The notes below the pieces were generated by a model. It saw only the letters and a program-made list of their open reading frames with translations, did not search any database and was not told where the DNA came from. Both the position numbers and the translations under genes were made by a program. Source: Sphagnum compactum (lineage: Eukaryota). Taken from it: 64,000 nucleotides of DNA. Each line of letters opens with the position of its first letter. The first letter of the stretch is position 1. Of this stretch, positions 13,719 through 27,346 are shown piece after piece. Location: the NCBI GenBank assembly GCA_965153455.1, contig OZ234493.1, forward strand, positions 15,428,213-15,492,212, in the 5' to 3' direction.

Positions 13719-14989
13719 GTGTGTTGAACTTATTTCCAACATAAGGAACAATTAACCAACACTAGTCTCCACTCACACTAAGTCTTATTTGGGCCTCCAT
13801 CCAACATGGGGAAACAACATAAGGAACATCCCAACATATTTGTGTAAAGATCATTTTAGTGTTACCACAAACATGATCAACAAGGCGTTTAAAAAAGGAT
13901 GTTTTCCTCTATGGATTGGACATATTTTGTTTCTTGTGTTTATGTTTTGTAGGTTTTTAATGGTGATCGATGGTGTTGTTGAACAATGTGGCAATCCTTG
14001 TTTTATTATCAAATCCTAGTGTGTGGTGTGTGGTGTTGATTCTTATTTATTGTGGAATGTTGCTTTTGAAGGAAAGGGTAATGGAAAGTTGATGATTGGT
14101 GAAGCAGATGCGGCGATGTTAGGAAGGTTGTTTTAATGATGAATTTAAAAATATTGCCATGGTGTTAAAGAGAGCAAATTTTTTAGAAGAAAAATTAAGT
14201 TTCATGTGTTTCTTTCTTGGTGTATGGTATTAAAAACTGCAAAAAAAGGATGTGTTTTCTAAAGTAAAGTAAAATTTAATTCAAGATTGGTTAGGTTCTT
14301 TGATTTTATTTCTATTGTGTCACTAAAACCTAAAAACTTATGGATAATGTTCATAATAAAGTCATGGGTATCATGGTGATGCGGAACTTATAAAGAATAC
14401 TAAGGAATGTTGAACAAATTAAAACATTGGCTGGATGTTGAAGTGTATGGGAGTGTACTAGGGATTTGTCAAGGATATGTCATAAGATGGTTGAGGGTTG
14501 TGGCAATGGGTGATGTGTGAGAACTTGAATCTCATCCTTTCAAAAGGTCATGATGAAGTGTTGTGCTTGAGGATGTTGGATTGAGAAATTGGGTACAAAA
14601 GCTTTTGAGGATTATATCACTTGGGTTTCTAGAAAAAAAATTGTTTGTGTAAGTCATACCATGATATTAAATCTATGTGGTGGGTGTTTGGTGCAATTGG
14701 GTAGGATAGATACAATTTGTTTTAAGCCATGTCTCATGATCCATGATGTTCAAAGAGAGAATCCATGAAAAATCTTCACCACCTACCTTTTTTAATCAAT
14801 TAGGGTTATATGTTTAGGAAAAGTTCAGAACTTAGATTTTGCTTATATTATGATTCTTTTATGTATAAAGATTATTTTTATTTTTTCATTGTGTATTCAT
14901 GAAAACATGTTATTTATGTGTTTTTTTAATGCTTCGTTTTTTGCTACATGGGCTATGCTTTGAATTGTAGTACTTGACCCAATAATGAA

Positions 14990-15850
14990 ATCAATTAAAG
15001 CTTCCAAATCAAGTCCTCTATGCATTTGGTTTGAGTATGTAAGTTTCACAAGAATCAAAACAAACTCTATTATGGTAAGGTGCAATAAGTTGGGACCCCA
15101 AGGCTTGGAATTGGTCTGATAGGTCTAAGCTCTCCATGTACACAATTGTTAAAGGAAGAAACCTACTAAGTAGCAAAAAGGTCATCTTTAAACCAGCTAA
15201 AAAGAAGTGGCAAGAGCATGATCTAATTCAAGTTAAGATGGAATGGCCTAAGGTTTGGCACAAAGAGAGGATCAAAAAAGGAATTAGCCTTCATGTGGTT
15301 GCTATTGTACCACATAGCAACCATATGTTAACACTTAGAAGGCAAAAATCTTTTAATCCATCAATAACATGTGTTTATTTTAATTGAATTAATTCAATGG
15401 AATTAATGTTGCACTGATTATGGGAATGTCCTCAAGGCCAAAAAACATGGGTTGGGTTACCAATATTGTTAACAAGTTACATATCAAACCCAAATAGAAT
15501 TGGCCCTATAAATTATTTTTTCTTTTCCGCAATGTCTATTTGGGGTTCACCTTAAAGGCCACCTCAAGCAATTCCATCACACTTGGCATTTGCTTAGCTC
15601 AGCATCGCTTTATGGTCCCTTTAGATTGAGATACATGACCTAATGTTTAACCAACCTAGATGGTCTTATGATAATATAGAGTCATTTGTCTAAAACCTCC
15701 CTCTTGATTACAGAATAATGGCTTGGAAAAGGATCCTTGCTAAAGTTAGTTTGGTGCATGGTATGGAACCTTCTTTACTATTGGATTTCAATTCTCTTTA
15801 AGGTGCCAAGGAGGCAATTTGTATAGGATAAAGGTTTATCAGCAAACCCT
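14990..15850 (+). mobile_element. LINE ORF2 C-terminal remnant (zf-RVT-like), probably the 3' half of the LINE at 11000-13470
   Basis: SWDPKAWNWSDRSKLSMYTIVKGR...MEWPKVWHKERIKK, MELMLH*LWECPQGQKTW (~E...H..W.C..A...W) and SIALWSL*IEIHDLMFNQPRW (~LW.IW.ERN..IF). Confidence 0.7.
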
Positions 15851-18800
15851 TTTCCTACGTAAGATGTCGATGTGATAATGACATTGTAAAAGGACAACAT
15901 TGTAATGATAAGGATAATGAAGAAGGAGAGGCTAATGGGTAACTTCCACTTGGTGGAAGTTACTATAACAAGATGGAGAATACCTTTTAGATTGTGTAAA
16001 TTAATGTTCCTACAATAACACTATGACGTTAGTGAACAAAGTATCTTTAGCCTAGTGAGGGACCAAAATATACAAAGGAAAAAATGTGGCTGTGTTTTAC
16101 ATCATTTTAACAACTTAGAAGTGTATTGTGCTTCCACCGGCCTTATTTAGGGGGTGGTATGTGATTTGCTTGTAATGCCCCAATCCCCTTGGGTTTATTC
16201 TGGCCTTAATTTTGGCCTTACAACTATCTTCTTTGTTTCTTTTGAACTATATGTATTGCTTTCTTTCTTTCCAAAAATAAATAAATCTACATTTATAACA
16301 ACCAACATGAACTTTTTTACATGGTGGTCCTTTTTATTAATTTATATCTGATGATAACATAAAACTCCAAAACACTAACCCATCATACAATTTCATTTTC
16401 ATATATGAATTAAAACACATGAGGAATGAATAATATTTTAATCACCCACCTAAGAACAATTTAAATTAGAATGGACTATTAAAACATCCAAAAAACTAAA
16501 GTCAACAAAACACTTAAATCATTTTGTGTCAGCTTTTGTTTTATTTTTCATTGTTAATATTATGCATTTGTATTGGTATTCATTGGTGCAACCAAACTTT
16601 GGGTGGGGAAATCTTTTTATATTTTATGAAACACTTAAAACAAAGGGATTTTTTTTTGGCATGCTATGAAATAACAAGCTAATAATATTGAAAAAAAATT
16701 TAGTTATATTTTCATAATCAATTATAAATAAACATCATATTTACATTTAAGTAGATTTATCTGGAGTCAATGGTTTTAAGCCATTCACCACATAATAATT
16801 ATTATCATGTATGTATGTTTATACCATCTAGCTACCTCTTCCAAACCTAGCTACATCACTCCTTTTCCCTACCCACCTACATGAAGAAACAAAACCTTTA
16901 CAAATATTTTTCAAATACCCATTCAAAAATCTCCATCTTCTTTGCTAATTGTTTTTACCTCTTTTTCGCATACTCTTTGAAATCCTCCTTTCTGAATGAA
17001 TTTTTAAATTAAAATTAATAAATTTATTTAGCTATTGGAATACATTCCATAAATCTTGAACTTTTTCCATAATCACATCGTTCTATTATTCTCATAATAA
17101 ATACTAAGCACCATGTTTACATTTGAATCAATGACAAATTTTACTTCATCATGAATTAATTTCACCTTATAAACTTTTGCACGCCATTTAGGAAAAAAAT
17201 AGAAATGACACACACACATCCCCCTGCCCCCACCCCACCTTTGGAATTTAAAAGATAGTAAACGTAAATAAAATGATTCTTCAAAAATTTTGTTAAGTCA
17301 CATGGAATGTGGTTGTAGGCTTTGAATGATTTGGTTGACCAAATAATTCCATGTCACATGATTCTCAAAAAATCCCAATTTTTTCATATTGAGGATTAAA
17401 ATATCAAAACATGTCCAAGTTGAACAGCCTTTGTATTGTTGGAAAGCCATAAGATTGTGGGTTGTGATTGGCAAGATAAATGTGTTGTTCAATAGTTAAA
17501 TGATTATTTGAAGTGTCAAGGCCAAATATGAGAAAATGATTTTTAGCACTAACCATTAAATATGATTGGAAGGGCAAATGAAATATAGTTGAAGAGATTG
17601 ACATGGTGTTGAAAGATTTTGACAAGAGTATTAGATATTGACATTGCATGATTGAAACAAATACATTTATGGAGAGTTATGAGCCTCCAAAGTTAAGATA
17701 CATTAAAGTGCGTTTATTAAAAAAATTGGGAGTGTTAGGAATTGTGACAAGTTGTTGTAATCCTCATTCAGACATGCAAAGTATTGCATAAGAAGGTAGT
17801 GCCTCCCGTAATAGAATAGTGATTGAGTTTGTCTCAACTCTAAACATGCACTCAAAACTAAAAGTTTTAAAATTACACGTTTGAATAATAAAGTTGTTGA
17901 TCAATATAGTTTGAATAATGGTTGAGTTTGTTTCAAGTTTAAACAAAACTATATTGATTGCCCTCTTTAACTTTTTATGTTATTAAGGTGATAAGAAATG
18001 CATGTGAAGCGTGTTGCTTTTTTTTAGTTATCTTAAATTTATCATATCCTTTATCTGATCATGAGTTTTAAAAAACACCTCAAATTTTTAGAATTTCCAT
18101 TATTGCAAGGACCAATAATTTTATCACCAATATCACTTAACAAACCTTGAAGTGCATCATACAACTTTCCAACATTGAATCTTCAAATTCTCAAAATATT
18201 GGGTGGGGTTGCTCAAGGTATATGTTATTTTTGAATGCAAAGTACTTAGTATGTGGAATGCAACTTAAATTTCAATATGTTACATGATAAACACAATCTA
18301 ACCTCACACATACAAAACAAAAAATTGTTGCACCCTTGTTTGTGAAAAATAGCTCTTAAATGTAGCATTTTCTTATAATTTTTTTAAAAAGGCACAACAT
18401 TCAACAATCCTCAATTTTGAGGTGCAAATTATAAAATGCGACAAGTTAATATAGCAAGTACTTCATTTTGGTGATTTTTGGGTGCAACATATCAAATGCA
18501 TCATGTTTCATTTTGTAGTGGAAAACACAAATTATTGTCAAATATGAAATACAAACAAGGAAAGTTGTTGTAAACAAAATCAACAATATAAAGAAAAAAT
18601 GAAAATAGAGGAAAAAAGGACATAATTGAATGGAATAACTAAATGCCTAAATTCTTAGACTATAGTGTGATAACAGATATCCTAATTCAACTACTACCCG
18701 GCTAACAGCACATAACAAGTCCACAGTGAGAAAGGAAGGTGAGAATGGAAGGTGGGTCTATTTGTGAGGGGGGGAAGTCTAAAAGGCAAAGAAAGTGATA

Positions 18801-20155
18801 ATAATTATACCCCCAAAAAAAAAAAAAAAAAAACACTGCATACGAGTACTGAAATTCTTCATATTGTAAGCCTATAATAATTATGATGAAATTCAACACA
18901 TCAACTTCATATTTTCACAAAATTTGATTTCAATATTTATGGGATTATTAATGTCCAAACTAACCCTAGAGTGAGGATGATAAATATTCAACATACTAAA
19001 TTGCAAACTAGGGGTGTGTCACACTCTGGCCTTGCCATTTACATGAAAAAGTATCTTAAGGCAAAAAGAAAAATTATGGAAACTCAAATATTTCACCATG
19101 CAAAAATATAATCTTGAAAAAAATACTCCGAAAGAAACCAAAATGCTTCAAGATATTATAACTCTATAATAACTAATCTCAAGTTTCAACACAATATCCT
19201 TGCCTTGGTAGGCAACGCCAATAAATGGTGGTTAGCATGGTAAAGCCCAAGTGATCCTTAAGGTATGCTTGGAAATGTTTCTATAGTGGACTCCACCTAA
19301 CCCTAAATGTACCTTAACTTTGGCCCTTCTTTTGTGGGTGCATCACATTGTCTCTCTACCTTGAAGGCAAGAGCCAATAATTAAGATTAAAATGGAAAAT
19401 TAAAAAACCATGTGTGCAAACAACACTATAAAAAGCTTAAACCCTAAACCCCAGTAAGTTTCTTTTTGTCTTTCCTTTTTGAGCTTTTGCTTGATTTCTG
19501 GTGAATGTGTGCGCTTTGCCATTTGGTTTTGCACTCTAAATGCTCTGCCGCAGATGGTTTGTCGTTCTGCTTTTGTTTGATTCCCTGACACGTATCATCG
19601 TTGTTTGTTTGTTTGTTGCAGGTGATTTCTTTCTTTCTCACTTTTTTTTTTTTTTTGGGTTTATTTTTTTGCCCCCCATTTCTGGGCATTTGATTCGAGA
19701 TCGTCGTTCTGTGAACTGCGTTTGCATCATCATCGTTCTTTGTTTCTTTCTTTCTATTTTTGTTTCCGGCGGGAATCCAGTCTTTTGTTTAATTGCGGCA
19801 TCTGGGCTGATGACGAGGGATGCACTGCTCGTGATCCGCGTCACAATGGTCCCCACAGATGAAAACTGCGAAAAACAATTGCCAACGGCACGTACTCGTG
19901 AATGACAAGGTTGACGAAGAAATATCCATCGCGAAGTTGCGCGAGAAAGAAAGAACGCAACGGGATGGATTGTATGCATCAGATGACGGAACGGATTTTT
20001 CCGCAAGATTTCGCTCTGTTGGTGAGTTCTCGCTTTCTTTGATAATAAGTTGCCGTGACGTTTGTTTTTCCCTCCTGCGCATTGATTGATCCGCACACCG
20101 GACAGGAGTGGGAGAGGAGCAATAAGCAATTGACGCCATATCAGAAAGAAGAGAC

Positions 20156-22560
20156 ATGAATCTGCTCCCTAAATGTGAGGCAAACTACGCGCCTTTGACT
20201 CCCCTGCGGTTTCTGGAGAGGGCCGCGAGTGTGCACGGGGATCGAGTTTCAGTGATTTATGGCGAATTGAGCTACACATGGGCGCAGACGTTCGAACGCT
20301 GTCGGCGATTGGCCTCAGCAGTTTCCAGGCTCGCATCAGCTGGCGACACGGTACTAACTCCTGCAATTCTTTTTTTCTTCAAAATATTTTTCTTGTATTT
20401 TCCCCTCTCCTTTGAGACTTTCCCTGCTGCATTTCATCATCATGTCTGCTGAATCCTTTCTTGCATTTCGGAAGCTCCACAGCATCATAAGAATGCTGAA
20501 TTCTTGCACTTTCTGAAATCTGAAAGAATGTTGAAATGCTTACTACTCTCACTCCACTGAATTTCTTGTAATTCTGAACCTCCTAGGGTTCTGAGACTTG
20601 AATCAAAGTGATAGTGTTCTGCACACAATTCATTCAATCAGTGATATTTTTCCCTTTGTCCTTTCTAACGATGCTGCTGCTGTTTTTGATAAATTGGGTT
20701 GAATTGTGGTTGTGGACAAGATTTCTGTAGTTGCGCCCAATTGCCCAGCAATCTACGAGATGCATTTCGGGGTTCCCATGGCAGGGGTAGTGCTCAACAC
20801 AATGAATACACGGATTGATGCTAATACCTTGTCTGTTCTATTCCGTCATTGTGAGACCAAAGCCATCTTCGTGGACTTGGAATATCTTCCGCTTGTTCAT
20901 AAAGCTCTACAGATATGGTTATCATCTTCACAGCCCCCAGGAAAGAGACCACATGTCATTGTTATAGAAGATAGATGCATTGGCAGTGGGACTGGATCTA
21001 CGTCGTCATCATCCAAGAAGAAATACCTGGCAGGTTGGGGGGAGTTGGTGGAGTATGAAGAACTGTTGCAGAATGGGGACCCGCAATTCGTTATCCAGTG
21101 GCCTGCAGATGAGTGGGACACAATCTCTTTGAATTACACATCTGGCACAACTTCACAACCTAAGGGTGTGCTTTACCATCACAGGTGTGTTTTGATCATC
21201 TTCTCTGTAACAGTATACCAGCAGCGCCAGCAGAGGAGCCTCTCCCACCTTTCTTGTGAAGAACTCATGGGTTCCAGATCTTGAGTTCTTGCTCTAGAAA
21301 GAATAGATGAGAATTGACCAGTGTTGCATCATGCACTTATTCTCCTCTTTTTCTTTTGCAGTCTGTTGATATTCATCTGTATCTCTTATTTCCTCTTCAG
21401 TCTTTGTTTTTAAGTTCTTGATGCACACAATTGTCAAGTCAACAGAGGCTCATGCTAAAATAGCACAAGCACAACATTTATCTCATATTTGCTCTTTTAT
21501 GTGGGATATTGATGACAGGGGCACTTATTTGATGAGCCTCATTGGTGTCCGTATGATGGAAATGAATGAGAACTCTGTCTTCCTATGGACACTTCCAATG
21601 TTTCACTGTAATGGTTGGGCTTACACATGGGGAGTTGCAGCACTGGCAGGCACCAACGTAATCATCCGGAATGTGGATGTAAAGTTGATGTATGAATTGA
21701 TTGCAAAACACAAAGTAAACGCTTTCTGTGCTGTTCCTGTGGTCTTGAACATGATTGTGAATGCAGAACACCACATCAAGAAGCCGCTTCCTGGAAAAGT
21801 CACAGTTCTCACTAGTGGTTCATCCCCACCTCCTTCAGTTATAATTCAAATGGAACAAGAGGGCTTCTCAATTTTACATGTTTATGGCCTCACTGAAGCT
21901 CATGGAGCACTTCTTGTATGTAATTGGAAACCTGAATGGGATGATCTTCCTGTTCAAACTCGGGCACGTCTCAAAGCCCGTCAAGGAGTTCTTCATGTAG
22001 GTCTACAGGCAGTAGCAGTTCTGAATCCATCTACAATGAAACCTGTTTTATGGGATGGAGTTACAGTTGGCGAGATTATGGCCAAGGGAAGCACGATTAT
22101 GAAAGGATACTTGAAAGATAAGGAGGCCACGAGACGTGCATTTGAAAGTGGCTGGTTTCATACTGGTGATTTGGCTGTAGTGCATCCAGATGGGTATGTA
22201 GAGATCAAGGACAGGTCCAAGGATATAATCATTTCTGGTGGTGAGAACATAAGCTCGATTGAAGTGGAGTCTGTGCTGCATCAGCACCCTGACATTTTTG
22301 AAGCTGCAGTAGTGGCCCGACCCGACCCATTCTGGGGTGAGACTCCTTGTGCATTTGTAAAACTGAAAGAGACTGGAAATGTCATCACTCCTGAAAGCTT
22401 GATTGCTTACTGCCGTGAACACCTTCCAAGGTTTGCTGCACCAAAGACTGTCATCTTCTGTGATCTTCCCAAGACTGCAACAGGGAAAATTCAGAAGAAT
22501 GTGCTTCGAGAGCGAGCAAAAGCTTTGGATCCTGGTGCTCAACAATCAAGCAAACTGTGA
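20156..22560 (+). CDS. Peroxisomal acyl-activating enzyme (AMP-dependent acyl-CoA ligase, plant AAE clade I-like), copy 1; exons 20156-20350, 20721-21184, 21519-22560; 566 aa
   Basis: ANYAPLTPLRFLERAA N-terminus, LNYTSGTTSQPKGV (AMP-binding), YGLTE, GWFHTGDLAV, RSKDIIISGGENIS, LPKTATGKIQK and C-terminal SKL (PTS1). GT-AG introns join in frame (195+464+1042 = 1701 nt). Confidence 0.95.
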
Positions 22561-23989
22561 TATTAGATTTCTTGGTTTTCTACCCATACCTGACTTACAG
22601 GTTATCAAAACTCCTCACATGACTTTTTTTCTGTAGCATATTACTTAGTCTATTCAGAGTGGATATCTTTAGCTTGGCTTTGATGCATCTTTAAGATTAT
22701 CACTCTCAGGACACACATTGATATATGCTTGGTTTGCAATTTCCCATGAATGTTTTAGCCAATGTGTGATACATTTTGTCAGACATTGTGAAAGGGTGAT
22801 GTTATACATGCACAGTATTGGCCAAAATGCTAAATCCATATATCAAACATGAAACATTTTTAGTGGAATTTGATGATCGTATTAAAACCACTCAAGGTGA
22901 TTGATTTCCTTAAATTAAGAACAAAACGATAAAAAAATGATTAAGAAAAAATATCATAACGTTGATGTTAAAGGATGATGTCACATTCAGAGGAGTTGTA
23001 TCTTCATTTGAAAACACAACTTGAATAAATCAACACACATTTCATTAAACCTTAGACTTAAAACCTTAAATAATTCTAATAGTAAATGCTCTCAACCTAA
23101 TGATTACACAAACAATTACAAATGGAATACAAAAAATATTTATAACAACTATGTTTTGAATTTTAAAGTTAATCAACTAGAAATTATAATGAATGGAAGC
23201 ATTAGACTTAGAGTTTAAAACTAATTACCCCAAAATATTTATATATAAACCTAAACAATTTTAATGATAAATGTTATAAAAATAAATAACTATATAAACA
23301 TATAAAAATGGCATACAATATAATCTTCTAGGAGTGAGTGATGAATCAAAATTGAAACACAATGAAAATAAAAAATTAAATGAATGAAATAAAAAATTAT
23401 TCTCTTACCTTTGGTGTGGTCACTTTAGCTTGAGGGCTCAACTTGATACCTTCTTCATTCATCTTCAAAAGAGATAAAATGAGTGTTGTTGCAAATATTT
23501 GTATGTGAAGATTTGGACAAATTTCCCCCCAAAATTCAACCTAGGATTGATTTTGATTAATATTAAAAATTGTGCAGATATTCATAAATGTTTTATGTCG
23601 TCTTAACTTTAAATTTATCAAGACTAATCTTTAATTAAATTAAGTGCATCTTGCATTAAATGGTCTAAAGTAAAGGACCGTGACCAAAAAAATTTCCGCA
23701 ATTGCAATACCCACAGTTGGGGTTAGTGGCTTATCATCATCATGAGTTTGAATCAATCTACAAATAGATGTTACAACTCCTTTGCAATACCCACATTTCA
23801 CATTATAATTTATGCACAATTTGCCAGTGCATAGGTAGGTATGATGAGAGTGGGTAGGTAGGTTCTACCAATAAGTAGATGTTTTACTAATAATTAAAGT
23901 GACATTACTAAAAAATATATTTATTTTTTTAGTTAATTTTTGCAGTAAGAATTAGGTAGAAGTTTGATTAGTAAGATATACAGATTTTG

Positions 23990-24260
23990 TCAAAAAATAA
24001 AGGTTTTGCCAAGAAATAGAGGTTTTGCCAAGAGAAAGAAGTTTAATCAATAAAATATATAAATTTAACCAAGAGAGAGAAGTTTAATCAATAAGATATA
24101 TAAGTTTAGCCAAGATAGAGAAGTTTAGTCAATAAGATATATAGGTTTAATCAAGAGAGAGAAATTTAATCAATAAGATATATAAATTTAGCCAAAAAGA
24201 AATATAGATTTAACCAAGAGATAAAAGTTTAATCAAGAGGAGATAAGAGTTTTGCCAAGG
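23990..24260. repeat. Tandem array of ~41-bp dimeric (22+19 bp) AT-rich units
   Basis: TTTAATCAATAAGATATATAAG + TTTAGCCAAGAGAGAGAAG units start at ~24041, 24082, 24123 and 24164, with degenerate flanking monomers. Confidence 0.8.
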
Positions 24261-24789
24261 TAAGTAAAGGATTAATCGTTAGCTCGTAGGCAAGGCTAAG
24301 ATTTAGGTCGATAGGGTAGCTAGGTGGGTGGGTGGTATGGAGGTCAGGGTTGAGAAAAAATTAGCAACGAAAAAAAAATGATCAAAGGTCAGCAGCCAAA
24401 AAAGATTGACTGTGGTAGAATGTTGGTTAATGTAAGGTAAAGAGGCGACTCATCCAGCCCGTCGTATGGACAGAAGGACCAACTTGTGCAGTCGTGGGGG
24501 CTGGTTCACTCTGGCCCATACAGACAGACAGACAGGGTAAGGTAATGAAAAAAGGCCCTGCATCATGGGATGCTAATTTGGGTTTTGTTTTGTCTTATGT
24601 CAAAAAGGAAGGAAGAAAATAATGCAACGGGATGGGATTGTATGCAAGTGCCAGAAGATGGAACGGATTTGTACATACATTTGGCTCTCTTGCTGACAGA
24701 CTTCTCTCGCTTTCATGATCCCAACTTGCTGTCATCCGCACACCAGAGAAGAGGAAGTGGGGGCAGAGGAACAACAAGCAATTGACGCC

Positions 24790-27346
24790 ATGGCAGCAAG
24801 AACAGCAGACGTGAATCATCAGCAGCTCCCCAAATGCGAGGCGAATTATGCGCCTCTGACTCCCCTGCTGTTTCTGGAAAGGGCCGCCAGTGTGTATGGA
24901 GATCGAGTTTCAGTCATTTACGGTGACTTGAGCTACACATGGGCGCAGACTTTCGAACGCTGTCGCCGATTGGCCTCAGCAGTATCCTTGTTTGCATCAG
25001 CTGGGGACACGGTACTTCTCCTTCTCCTCGAATTTCTTTTTTTCTTCAAAAGTTTTAAGTTTTGTTTTTGTTTGTTTGTTTTTTTTTCCCCTTCCCTTCT
25101 CCACAGCATCAAAAGAATGCTGAATTCTTTGCACTTCTGAAATCCGAAAGCAATGTTGAAATGCTTACTACTCTCACTCCACTGAATTTCTTGTAATTCT
25201 GAAGCTCCAAAGCAGTTGTTAGCAATCTGAGGTAGCCCTATCAACATATACTTTGTAGTAGAAAATCACATGCCTCTCAATTCAGATATTCAGAGATGAG
25301 ATCAACTCTCTGATTTGCTGTTTTGCTACCTCAGATCCAGGGCAAGAGATCCTGGTCCTTACCACCATGAACCTCCTAGGGTTCTGAGACTTGAATCAAA
25401 GTGATGGTGTTCTGCACACAATTCATTCAATCGGTGATATTTTTCCCTTTGTCCTTTCTAACGATGCTGCTGCTGTTTTTGATAAATTGGGTTGAATTGT
25501 GGTTGTGGACAAGATTTCTGTAGTTGCGCCCAATTGCCCAGCAATCTACGAGATGCATTTTGGGGTTCCGATGGCAGGGCTAGTGCTCAACACAATGAAT
25601 ATACGGATTGATGCTAATACCTTGTCTGTTCTATTCCGTCATTGTGAGACCAAAGCCATCTTCGTGGACTTGGAATATCTTCCGCTTGTTCATAAAGCTC
25701 TACAGATATGGTTATCATCTTCACAGCCCCCAGGAAAGAGACCACATGTCATTGTTATAGAAGATAGATGCATTGGCAGTGGGACTGGATCTACGTCGTC
25801 ATCATCCAAGAAGAAATACCTGGCAGGTTGGGGGGAGTTGGTGGAGTATGAAGAACTGTTGCAGAATGGGGACCCGCAATTCGTTATCCAGTGGCCTGCA
25901 GATGAGTGGGACACAATCTCTTTGAATTACACATCTGGCACAACTTCACAACCTAAGGGTGTACTTTACCATCACAGGTGTGTTTTGATCATCTTCTCTG
26001 TAACACTATAGCAGCAGCAGAGGAGCCTCTCTCACCTTTCTTGTGAAGAACTCATGGGTTCCAGATCTTGAGTTCTTGCTCTAGAAAGAATAGATGTGAA
26101 TTGACCAGTGTTGCATCATGCGCTTCTTTTCCTCTTGTTCTTTTGCAGTCTGTTGATATTAATCTGTTTCTCCTTTTTTTCCCTTTAGTCTTTGTTTTTG
26201 TTCTTGATGCACACAATTGTCAAGTCAACAGAGGCTCATGCTTCACTAGTACAAGCACAATATTTATCTCAGATTTGCTCTTTCGTGTGTTATATTGATG
26301 ACAGGGGCTCTTATTTGACGAGCCTGATCTCTATCCATATGATGGAAATGAAGGAGGACTGTGTCTTCCTATGGACACTTCCAATGTTTCACTGTAATGG
26401 TTGGTGTTACACCTGGGGGGTTGCGGCACTGGCAGGCACCAACATAATCATCCGGAGTGTGGATGTAAAGTTGATGTATGAATTGATTGCAAAACACAAA
26501 GTGACCACTTTCTGTGCTGTTCCTGTAGTCTTGAACATGATTGTGAATGCCGAACAGCACATCAAGAAGCCACTTCCTGGAAGAGTCAAAGTTAGCACTG
26601 GTGGTGCGCCCCCTCCTCCTTCGGTTGTGATTCAAATGGAACAGGAGGGCTTCTCAATTTTTCATGCTTATGGCCTTACTGAAGCTCATGGTGTAGTTCT
26701 TGCATGTAATTGGAAATCTGAATGGAATGATCTTCCTGTTCAAACTCGGGCACGTCTCAAAGCCCGTCAAGGAGTTTGTCATCTAGGTTTACAGGCAGCA
26801 GCAGTTCTGAATCCTTCTACAATGGAACCTGTTTTATGGGATGGAGTTACAATTGGCGAGATTATGGCCAAGGGAAGCACAATTATGAAAGGATACTTGA
26901 AAGATCAGGAGGCCACAAGAAGTGCATTTGAAGGTGGCTGGTTTCATACTGGTGATCTGGCTGTAGTGCATCCAGATGGGTATATAGAGATCAAGGACAG
27001 GTCCAAGGATATAATCATTTCTGGTGGTGAGAACATAAGTTCAGTTGAGGTGGAGTCTGTGCTGTATCAGCACCCTGACATTTTTGAAGCTGCAGTAGTG
27101 GCCCGACCTGACTCATTCTGGGGTGAGACTCCTTGTGCATTCGTAAAACTGAAAGAGACTGGAAATGTCATCACTCCTGAAAGCTTGATTGCTTACTGCC
27201 GTGAACACCTGCCAAGGTTTGCTGCCCCAAAGACTGTCATCTTCTGTGAGCTTCCCAAGACTGCAACAGGGAAAATTCAGAAGAATGTGCTTCGTGAGCG
27301 AGCAAAAGCTTTGAATCCTGCTGCTCAACAATCAAGCAAACTATGA
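24790..27346 (+). CDS. Peroxisomal acyl-activating enzyme, copy 2 (tandem paralog); exons 24790-25011, 25514-25977, 26305-27346; 575 aa
   Basis: Same motifs and intron positions as copy 1. Starts GCCATGG (MAARTADVNHQQLPKCEANYAPLTP) and ends SSKL. 222+464+1042 = 1728 nt, in frame. Confidence 0.95.

Noticed and set aside
19400..20157. ORFs of 63-163 aa upstream of AAE copy 1
   Set aside because: No recognisable domain. Part is homologous to the non-coding leader of copy 2, so promoter/5'UTR is more likely.
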